This document shows, piece after piece, positions 9,693 to 17,897 of a stretch of DNA of 64,000 bases. The stretch covers positions 2,459 through 66,458 of the forward strand of contig CAZWPK010000003.1 in assembly GCA_964635905.1 (NCBI GenBank), in the 5' to 3' direction. How positions within the stretch are numbered: position 1 is the first letter of the stretch; every line of letters begins with the position of its first letter. This DNA is from an uncultured Pseudomonadales bacterium (GTDB lineage Bacteria > Patescibacteriota > Microgenomatia > UBA1400 > UBA12028). The notes below the pieces were generated by a model. That model was given only the letters and a program-made list of their open reading frames with translations, was not told the DNA's origin and made no database searches. Made by a program: the position numbers and the translations under genes.

Positions 9693-11339
9693 TTAGTCTT
9701 GCATAAAAACCGGCAACACTAATGGCGTTCTGCCAATAATGTCCGTCATACGTCGGGAAACTTGCTTTTCAATGCTTCGTTTAATCGTTTGTTCATCTCC
9801 ACCGAGTTGAATTGCTGACTGGGTTTCTTCCTTAATTGCAGTCACCACTTCGTCTGCCTGACGCATAAAAACAAACCCTCGTGATACAACTTGCGTTTGC
9901 TCTGGGTGATATCCCTGACTATCCTTTGGAATAATCACCACAACCATTCCTTCTTCCGCCATCTGTTTTCTGTCAGCCAACACAACGGTTCCCACATCTC
10001 CAACCCCTAATCCATCCACCATTAATGATTTCAAATTCAAGGTTTCACCCTTTTTTGCTTGACCCGACTCAAACTCAATCACTTGTCCGTCGGTGGGAAG
10101 CAATATCTGATGGTTTTTATATCCCATTTTTAAGGACATCCGTTCGTATTCAATCCGATGACGATCGCTCCCTCCAATTGGCATCAGATACTTCGGTTTT
10201 GTTAACGCCATCAGCAGTTTCTGTTCCGTTGCACTTGCGTGTCCACTTGTGTGCAGTCCTGTGTCAACATCTGAATACGCCACATCAATACGATTTCGAG
10301 AAAGCTCATCGATTGCTTCGTAAACATTATTTTCATTTCCCGGAATTGGCTCAGTGGCAAAAACTACTTTATCATTGGGTTTAATCGCCAGCATTGGATG
10401 TTCACCAGAAATCGCTCGAACTAATGAGCTTCCAGGCTGACCTTGACTGCCTGCTACACATACGACGAGATCTTTATCCGCATACTGATCCATTTTCTTT
10501 TTATGGACGATCATGCTTTTAGGGATATTGAGAACGCCAAGCTGCAACGCAATCTCTACGTTTTGTTCTACCGATCTTCCCACAAATACTAACTTTCGAT
10601 CGAATTCCTGGGCAACTTCAGCCAACAGCTGAATGCGGTGTAAGTTTGACGACATCAATGTAACGATATATTTACCTTCACACGCTGTAATCTCTCGAAC
10701 AAAAGATTCATACAACATCTCTTCCGATGGAGCCCAACCGGTACGTTCCACGCGTAAACAGTCCGATAGTAAGCACAGAACCCCACGTTCCCCTGCCTGC
10801 GTCATTGCCGCAAAATCTGGAAGTTTCCCATCAACTGGGGTAAGGTCAAACTTGAAATCAGAACCATGGTACACAATACCCTCTGGTGTATCGATCACGA
10901 TGTGGGTGGTGTGCGGAATGGAATGTGTCACATGGACAAATTCTGGTCGAAAACTCCCTAAAGAAATGGGTTTTGTATAGGGGGCAACGAATACCTCTTT
11001 ATTTATTCCTCCATCTTGTAGTCTGGCCATCGCAAAGTTTGCGGTCAGCTCAGATCCATAGATTGGAAAGTCTGGAAGTTGAGAAATGATATAGGGCAAT
11101 GCAGCAATATGATCGTCATGACCATGCGTCAGACACATACCAACGATCGTCGCACCCTCATTCACTCGCTTGAGAACATATGAAACATCAGGAATTAGAA
11201 CGTCTACTCCTAACATAGATGTTTCCGGGAAGCCAATTCCACAGTCTACCAATAAAATGTCATCCTCATACTCATAGGCAAACATGTTTTTGGTAACATT
11301 TCCCATTCCACCTAAGGGAATAATTCGTAATTTACTCAT
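9693..11339 (-). CDS. rnj: Ribonuclease J
   Basis: LRIIPLGGMGNVTKNM, THGHDDHI, VTHSIP, DFKFD, HTSGHA. Start at ATG 11339. Confidence 0.95.
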   Translation of the reverse strand: MSKLRIIPLGGMGNVTKNMFAYEYEDDILLVDCGIGFPETSMLGVDVLIPDVSYVLKRVNEGATIVGMCLTHGHDDHIAALPYIISQLPDFPIYGSELTANFAMARLQDGGINKEVFVAPYTKPISLGSFRPEFVHVTHSIPHTTHIVIDTPEGIVYHGSDFKFDLTPVDGKLPDFAAMTQAGERGVLCLLSDCLRVERTGWAPSEEMLYESFVREITACEGKYIVTLMSSNLHRIQLLAEVAQEFDRKLVFVGRSVEQNVEIALQLGVLNIPKSMIVHKKKMDQYADKDLVVCVAGSQGQPGSSLVRAISGEHPMLAIKPNDKVVFATEPIPGNENNVYEAIDELSRNRIDVAYSDVDTGLHTSGHASATEQKLLMALTKPKYLMPIGGSDRHRIEYERMSLKMGYKNHQILLPTDGQVIEFESGQAKKGETLNLKSLMVDGLGVGDVGTVVLADRKQMAEEGMVVVIIPKDSQGYHPEQTQVVSRGFVFMRQADEVVTAIKEETQSAIQLGGDEQTIKRSIEKQVSRRMTDIIGRTPLVLPVFMQD

Positions 11340-11466
11340 ATAAGGAGCCCCTTTCAAAACACTACGTTCCCAAAATTTTAACCTTGGGTTCTTGAAAAAT
11401 GATACAGTTGTAATGGTTGTATGGTAGCACAATCTTGATGATTATCTCTGGTAGTACTCATTACTG

Positions 11467-12093
11467 TTAAAATAACGCTTCTTTAATTTCCTCTTCCTTT
11501 GACTTGGCTCCAGATTTTATCCACTCAAGAATTTTAGGCAGTTTATCAAAGTCCCGTTCGAAAGCTTGTCGCATCGCAGTTGACCGTAACGCTGCCGCAG
11601 GATGATAGAGCGGGTAGACAAAATTGTTGCTATTATTCCAAGTTACCTTAAATACTCGACCATGAATCTGTGAAATTTTTGTATCTGGGAAGAATTTCCC
11701 CATCGAAAACCGTCCTACAGTAACAATTAGTTTTGGATTAATAATCGATATTTGACTGTCCAAAAAAGGTCGACAAGCCTCAATCTCTTCTGGGGTGGGA
11801 TCGCGATTTTCCGGTGGACGGTGTTTAACCACGTTGGCGATAAAGACATCCGCTTCCAAAAAACCCACACGACGGATATTGGTTCGAAGTAATTGTCCGC
11901 TTCTCCCCACAAACGGGCGTCCAGAAAGATCCTCATCTTTCCCTGGTGCTTCCCCAATAAACAACAACTCTGCATCGGGATTTCCTTCTCCCGGTACACA
12001 CTTGGTTGCAGACTTTGCGAGATCATACTGTAATTCAGAGGCCATTGTGGTGGCTAATTTCTCCAAAGCGAGTTTTTTTTCTGTAGGCGTCAT
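11467..12093 (-). CDS. udg: Uracil-DNA glycosylase family 4
   Basis: FIGEAPG, GRPFVGRSG, RPPENRDP, LYHPAAALR. Confidence 0.93.
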   Translation of the reverse strand: MTPTEKKLALEKLATTMASELQYDLAKSATKCVPGEGNPDAELLFIGEAPGKDEDLSGRPFVGRSGQLLRTNIRRVGFLEADVFIANVVKHRPPENRDPTPEEIEACRPFLDSQISIINPKLIVTVGRFSMGKFFPDTKISQIHGRVFKVTWNNSNNFVYPLYHPAAALRSTAMRQAFERDFDKLPKILEWIKSGAKSKEEEIKEALF

Positions 12094-12142
12094 GAGGATT
12101 AATCTAACAAATATATGGGGAAAAAGAAACTAATCGCGATAG

Positions 12143-12826
12143 CTATTGGGATCCATAGACAAGTAATGCCATTCCCCAAAAAGCGTGACTGACAACAACT
12201 GAGGAGATGCTTCGTGTTCTCAAAAACAATATTGCTTGACCAAAAGCAAAAAATGCTAATAACAGGAGTGGAGAAAATGCGCCAGACAGGCCTGATCTAA
12301 ACAACAGCACGGGAGCATGAAATAGGATAAAGAGTAGTGTTGTAAGAGCGCTTGAAATCCATTCATTCTGAAATCTTTCTTCCAGGGTAGGGAGAATTAA
12401 GCCATAAAAGAACAATGATTCCCACCATGCCGTCATAAAGGCTAAACCAAATTCACTCCAAAAACGCGAGGCGGTAAAAAGATGCGGAATAAAAACACTA
12501 CCTCGACCAACGGCGCTGGAAACTAAGGCAACAAACGCGAATAGGCCACCGATTGCTAGTCCTTGAAAGGCACCGTTCCAGAATTGTCGACTTTCCAATC
12601 CAAAGAAAGCGGTCGGCTTCTTGGAATATCGCATATACGCCCAGAGAGGTCCACCAAAGATAATCCCCTTAAAAAAGATTTCATCAAACCATACCGGCTG
12701 ATGCACAAAAGCGCGGTATAACAATAAAGAGACAAAACTAAAACAAACAACCGAAACAAAAAAGACTTGGAGCTGGGCTGGTGACAGTTTGTCTGGAGTA
12801 GTCGACAAAGAGTTTGAAGTGAGCAT
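12143..12826 (-). CDS. CPBP/Abi (CAAX-protease-like) intramembrane protein
   Basis: Multi-TM; WWESLFFYG, FILFH, SHAFWG match degenerate CPBP motifs. Start likely ATG 12826. Confidence 0.75.
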   Translation of the reverse strand: MLTSNSLSTTPDKLSPAQLQVFFVSVVCFSFVSLLLYRAFVHQPVWFDEIFFKGIIFGGPLWAYMRYSKKPTAFFGLESRQFWNGAFQGLAIGGLFAFVALVSSAVGRGSVFIPHLFTASRFWSEFGLAFMTAWWESLFFYGLILPTLEERFQNEWISSALTTLLFILFHAPVLLFRSGLSGAFSPLLLLAFFAFGQAILFLRTRSISSVVVSHAFWGMALLVYGSQ

Positions 12827-12879
12827 AAGCTTTCCTTCAATCATCCTACGACATGAAGACAAAGCTGTCTATGTGAATT

Positions 12880-13506
12880 CTATTGCGTCCCTTTTAGAAG
12901 GGATAACACCTTTTTTAAAGTTTGCTCACGGTTCGTGCTATAGGTATCAATGACGAGATCATAGAGTTCAGGCCGCCAAAAATTAATGAGATCCTCTTTG
13001 GAGCAGATTCCGGGTTCTACTACCCATTGTGTCCATTCTTTTGCATACATCCGACTCCACTTGCTCAAATTTTGATCATAGCGACTTCGCATGTTTTCTT
13101 TTGCTTCCTGAGTGGTGACATCATCGCGATTCACTATTCTGTCAATTCGGATCGCATCATCACTACAAATAACCAAAACCTTTAAAACATTTTGAAGCCC
13201 TTGTGCTAAGAATCCAGAAAGCCACGACTCAATAATCCATTTTTCCTGCGTATCTAGTTTATTACGCATATCCATGTCAACTTGACGATCAAAGTCATCA
13301 CTATAGTGAGAGCTATCATGATGCAACCCTTTTTGCTGCTCAAAGGAGCCATGTTCTAGTGCGTATTGACGCATAAACTCCCCACCCGAAAACCCTCTCC
13401 AGCCATCCATTGAGAGTTCTTCTCGTAATAATCGCAACAACGTTGTTGATCCGCCGCCTGGTAAACCTGAGATTGTAATGTTTTCGTACTTATAGTGATG
13501 ATCCAT
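12880..13506 (-). CDS. Archaeal-type cytidylate-kinase-like P-loop kinase
   Basis: ITISGLPGGGSTT, SGGEFMR, DRQVD, YDLVIDT. Confidence 0.82.
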   Translation of the reverse strand: MDHHYKYENITISGLPGGGSTTLLRLLREELSMDGWRGFSGGEFMRQYALEHGSFEQQKGLHHDSSHYSDDFDRQVDMDMRNKLDTQEKWIIESWLSGFLAQGLQNVLKVLVICSDDAIRIDRIVNRDDVTTQEAKENMRSRYDQNLSKWSRMYAKEWTQWVVEPGICSKEDLINFWRPELYDLVIDTYSTNREQTLKKVLSLLKGTQ

Positions 13507-14062
13507 ATCCCCTCTTTTGTTTGGATGGTTGTGCAGCTATTGTACTGCTTTTTGAAAAAAACTCGCTTTCTCTTAAATTATTTCCACAGCGCACAGCCTC
13601 TGTCATTGCTTCACTCAGCTGAAGAAGTTTTTCTTTGGCCACTGTCAAAGGCATGGGAATTTCATCATCAAAATAAAAGTGAAAGATACGATTTCGACAT
13701 TCAACCCAAGCATCCCAAATTAAGCGTGCAGTTTTGGGTGAACACGCACGTTCTAGATCATCATAAAACCACCATTCATCCTTATGTTGTGGTGAAATAT
13801 CGGGATTTAGGGCACGTCCAATCCGAAATTTATGATCTTGATACCCTTTTTTTGGTAAAATTCCCATCTGATGTAAGTAGGACTTAATAAAGCCTTCATA
13901 CGCTTTTGCCATTGGGAACACAACAAAAGAGTAACTTGCAAACGACGAATGTAAACGGGTTTCTCGATCGTAGAGCTCTTGAGAGATTACCACGAGTCGT
14001 TGACCATGGTCGGGCAAAAACGGAAACCATGATTCTTGCTGAAATGATAAAAGAGTTGACAT
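13490..14062 (-). CDS. Stand-alone HEPN-domain protein, RnlA/LsoA (RNase LS)-like
   Basis: YSFVVFPMAKAYEGFIK helix and RNRIFH (Rx4H) motif. Confidence 0.65.
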   Translation of the reverse strand: MSTLLSFQQESWFPFLPDHGQRLVVISQELYDRETRLHSSFASYSFVVFPMAKAYEGFIKSYLHQMGILPKKGYQDHKFRIGRALNPDISPQHKDEWWFYDDLERACSPKTARLIWDAWVECRNRIFHFYFDDEIPMPLTVAKEKLLQLSEAMTEAVRCGNNLRESEFFSKSSTIAAQPSKQKRGYGSSL

Positions 14063-14152
14063 GCAGTAGATTAAACACGACTCCGTCCGTAGTTGCTAGG
14101 AATAAACTGGTGAAAGGAGGCTTTCACCAGAGATATCTGGTACAATCTTTCT

Positions 14153-16636
14153 ATGAAACGAAGTAGTTCCTCCGCAACAGAACCAGCAAGCAAGAACTCT
14201 AGAAAAGCTGCGCGGTTCGTACTTCTTCCCATCCTATCAATGTTCAAAACTACTCTTAAAAAAATGATACGTTTGATACCAAATCGACGTAAACGTCAGT
14301 CATTCTTCTCCCGTCGTCCTTTTTCTCATGGGCCTCACAACAACACCTCGAGTTTACCCAGTAAGACACAGCGCTCATCCCCAGTAAAATTTGTTTCCTT
14401 ACGGTTAATCCTCTTTATTGTTATAACAATCCTCGCCGCTACTCTGTTGGGTGCGATTGCGTTCTTTTTCAAAGATCTCCCCTCTCCCACCACCCTCCGT
14501 GGGACTGATTACCCTGTTAGTAGTAAAATTTTGGATCGAAATGGAAATTTGCTCTACGAGATCTATGCAGACAAAAACAGAACTCCAATAAAACTGTCTG
14601 ACCTTCCTCCACATGTCTATCAAGCTTCCATAGCGATTGAAGACCAGCGTTTTTATCACCATTTTGGTTTTGATCTCGAAGGTATTGCTCGAGCACTTCG
14701 CAATACTATTTTCAAACAACGACTACAAGGTGGTTCCACAATTACCCAGCAATTAGTAAAGACGACACTCTTAAATAGAGAGCGAACAATTCAGAGAAAA
14801 ATCAAAGAAGCCGTTCTCACAGTCTTAACAGAAATCATGTATAACAAAGACGATATTCTGGAAATGTATTTAAACCATATCCCGTATGGTGGGACAGCGT
14901 ACGGGATAGAATCAGCAGCAAGAACCTTCTTTGACAAGTCAGCCAAGGACCTCACTCTTTCGGAAAGCGCACTACTGGCCGGTCTACCGCAAGCACCTAG
15001 CACCTATTCTCCATTTGGAAACAAGTCGGAACGGGCGAAAACCAGACAGAAAGAAGTTCTTCGCCGAATGATTGAAGAAGGTTACATTACCCAGGATGTG
15101 GCGGATAAAGCTTCTGAGGAAACGCTCCACTATGCCACCAATAAAATTGATATCAAAGCACCACACTTTGTTTTCTATGTAAAAGATTTGCTCGAAGAAA
15201 AATATTCTTCGTATGTCGTAGAGCATGGGGGGTTACGCGTAACAACCACTCTTGATTTATCCATCCAAGAAAAAGCGCAAGCTACGGTCGCCGCAGAATT
15301 GAAAAAACTTTCTCGCTATCGAGTTGGAAATGGCGCCGCACTTGTCACGAATCCTGGAACGGGAGAAATTTTAGCGATGGTCGGGAGTAAAGATTATTTT
15401 GATGCGACGGAGGATGGACAAGTAAATGTGACCATTCGAGAACGACAACCTGGATCATCGATCAAGCCACTAAACTATGTTACCGCAATGGAGCTCGGGA
15501 AAATCACCCCTGGCACAATGTTTCTCGATATTCCCACCTGTTTTCAGGTTGATGGGCAACCTCTGTACTGTCCAAAAAATTACGATGGGACATTTAAAGG
15601 TCCTACGCAGGTACGATTTGCGTTAGGAAATTCCAATAACATCATCGCTGTTAAAACCTTAGCGCTAAACGGAATTGAAAATTTTATTGCAACTGCCTCA
15701 GCAATGGGAATCTCAACTTGGAAAGATCAAAGTCGATACGGGTTATCATTAACATTAGGTGGTGGAGAAGTGACAATGTTGGACTTGGCTACAGCGTATG
15801 GAACGCTAGCGAATCAAGGAGTGCGTGTTAACCTCACCCCAATTCTAAAAGTAGAAGATTATACGGGAAAAGTGTTAGAGGAACACAATCCTCAAACAAC
15901 CCTTGATGAATTAAAAGATTTAACGACAGAGAATGCATCCCCTTCCGGCACGTTTGATTTGAGCAAACCCATCGAACGCGTCCTTCACCGAGCAAATGCG
16001 TATTTAACCTCTCATATCTTGCTAGACAACAACGCTCGAACGGGAGCATTTGGACCAAATTCTCAACTTGTCATTCCGAAACAAATTGTTTCTGTAAAGA
16101 CAGGAACCACGAATGATTTACGGGATAACTGGACCGTAGGGTACACTCCTGAAATTCTTACCGCCGTGTGGGTGGGAAACAACAATAATAGCCCAATGAA
16201 TAGATCACTTGTCTCTGGAGTAACAGGGGCTGCTCCAATTTGGAATGGGATTATGCGCGAAATTTTACGTGGCAAAAACGAGGTCTGGCCCGAAAAACCT
16301 GACGATGTCGTTTCCTCCAATATCTGTGTGACATCTGGGCTACTGCCGTCAACAGAAGGAGCGTGTCCAACGCGATCGGAATTCTTTTGGAAAGCAACAC
16401 TCCCAACCGCAAGCGATATTTTGACGAAAGAAGTTTGGATCAATCCCACAACAGGGCTACCTCCTAAAGAAGGTGAATCTACCGATGGATTACAGATCCA
16501 GCGACGCTTATTCTTATCGGATCCCTTAACAGCGGAATACTGTGTGGATTGTTATCCAGTCAGTACTGAAAGTGGGTCTCCGCAATACGGTCAGACCATC
16601 ATTCCTTTTGGTAAACGACGACAACGTAATGAATAA
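14153..16636 (+). CDS. Class A penicillin-binding protein (PBP1A family)
   Basis: EDQRFYHH, GGSTITQQL, RKIKE, YLN; SSIK, SNN, KTGTT. Confidence 0.95.
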   Translation: MKRSSSSATEPASKNSRKAARFVLLPILSMFKTTLKKMIRLIPNRRKRQSFFSRRPFSHGPHNNTSSLPSKTQRSSPVKFVSLRLILFIVITILAATLLGAIAFFFKDLPSPTTLRGTDYPVSSKILDRNGNLLYEIYADKNRTPIKLSDLPPHVYQASIAIEDQRFYHHFGFDLEGIARALRNTIFKQRLQGGSTITQQLVKTTLLNRERTIQRKIKEAVLTVLTEIMYNKDDILEMYLNHIPYGGTAYGIESAARTFFDKSAKDLTLSESALLAGLPQAPSTYSPFGNKSERAKTRQKEVLRRMIEEGYITQDVADKASEETLHYATNKIDIKAPHFVFYVKDLLEEKYSSYVVEHGGLRVTTTLDLSIQEKAQATVAAELKKLSRYRVGNGAALVTNPGTGEILAMVGSKDYFDATEDGQVNVTIRERQPGSSIKPLNYVTAMELGKITPGTMFLDIPTCFQVDGQPLYCPKNYDGTFKGPTQVRFALGNSNNIIAVKTLALNGIENFIATASAMGISTWKDQSRYGLSLTLGGGEVTMLDLATAYGTLANQGVRVNLTPILKVEDYTGKVLEEHNPQTTLDELKDLTTENASPSGTFDLSKPIERVLHRANAYLTSHILLDNNARTGAFGPNSQLVIPKQIVSVKTGTTNDLRDNWTVGYTPEILTAVWVGNNNNSPMNRSLVSGVTGAAPIWNGIMREILRGKNEVWPEKPDDVVSSNICVTSGLLPSTEGACPTRSEFFWKATLPTASDILTKEVWINPTTGLPPKEGESTDGLQIQRRLFLSDPLTAEYCVDCYPVSTESGSPQYGQTIIPFGKRRQRNE

Positions 16637-16638
16637 TA

Positions 16639-17841
16639 GTGATTACTAACTCATTGATGAAACGTTTTGCATTAATCGGTACACTTATTTCACTTGCCTT
16701 TCTACTGGGGATTGCGGTTGTTGTAGTCGTTACTAAAATTCCAACACGCTCAACTTCAGTTCCCCTGTTTTCTCAACCTGAATCTGAGAACACTGCAGTC
16801 GTAAAACCGTCGACAACTCCTTTTGTTGTGTATGGGTATCTGCCGTACTGGAATACAAATAAAGCACGTTTCCCTACTTCGATTACCCATGTTTCCTATT
16901 TTTCACTTACCATTCAGCAAGATGGGTCCTTACTTTCAGTTCCTAAAGAGAAGCAAGATCCCGGCTATCGTAAATTCCAACAGGGATACTTAACCACACT
17001 TAATGAGAACTTATCACCTGGCCAAAAAATTGAACTAACCCTCTCAATGATGGAACAAGAGGAAATCCCTGTTTTCATTCATAATCCCGACGCCCAACAG
17101 CGGCTTATTCAAGACGTACTTTCACTCCAAAAAGACTATCCTCTCTCCGGAATAAATATTGACATTGAATACAATGGGTCCGTCACTCCCACTCTGCAAA
17201 ACGATCTAGTGACACTATTATCCAATTTAAGAAAAGCAACAAAAGCAGTCGATCAAAATTTCTCTTTGTCGATGGCAGTCTATGGTGATTCTGGGAACTC
17301 ACATCGACTTACTGAACTTGCGCTAACAGCTCCCCACGTAGACTACATCGTGGTCATGACGTACGATTACCATCGTCGCTCATCTCCGCGTTCAGGCCCC
17401 GTATCTCCAGTCTATGGAAAAACGGAAGGAAAATGGGAAGGAGATATTATGGAAGATCTCCAGCGGATACGACAAAAAGTTCCCGCAGAAAAAATTCTGC
17501 TAGGCATTCCGTTTTATGGATATGAATGGTCGGTTGAGGACGCTTTTAATCCGCAATCGTTTACATTACCACGTAGTGGAGCTACGGCGAGTTACGAACG
17601 AGTTTTACAGCTTCTAGAGTCACCAGGTACGACAGTTTTTTGGGATAGCATTGCACTCTCTCCCTACTTACAGTATGAAAAGAATGGTATTACTCAACGA
17701 GTATACTATGATAATCCACTCTCCCTGTCCTATAAGCTTGACCTCGTCCGAAAGGCTGGTTTTGGGGGAATTGCGATTTGGGCACTTGGATATGAAGGCA
17801 ATTCCACTGATCTTTGGGACGTAATCACATCCAACCTATAA
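16639..17841 (+). CDS. Glycoside hydrolase family 18, membrane-anchored
   Basis: GINIDIEY, VMTYDYH, LGIPFYG, GGIAIWALG. Confidence 0.9.
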   Translation: MITNSLMKRFALIGTLISLAFLLGIAVVVVVTKIPTRSTSVPLFSQPESENTAVVKPSTTPFVVYGYLPYWNTNKARFPTSITHVSYFSLTIQQDGSLLSVPKEKQDPGYRKFQQGYLTTLNENLSPGQKIELTLSMMEQEEIPVFIHNPDAQQRLIQDVLSLQKDYPLSGINIDIEYNGSVTPTLQNDLVTLLSNLRKATKAVDQNFSLSMAVYGDSGNSHRLTELALTAPHVDYIVVMTYDYHRRSSPRSGPVSPVYGKTEGKWEGDIMEDLQRIRQKVPAEKILLGIPFYGYEWSVEDAFNPQSFTLPRSGATASYERVLQLLESPGTTVFWDSIALSPYLQYEKNGITQRVYYDNPLSLSYKLDLVRKAGFGGIAIWALGYEGNSTDLWDVITSNL

Positions 17842-17897
17842 TTTCACTCCAACTCCCTATTTCAACTTCTTAATTGCTTTGCTAGTATTCGCCCAAC

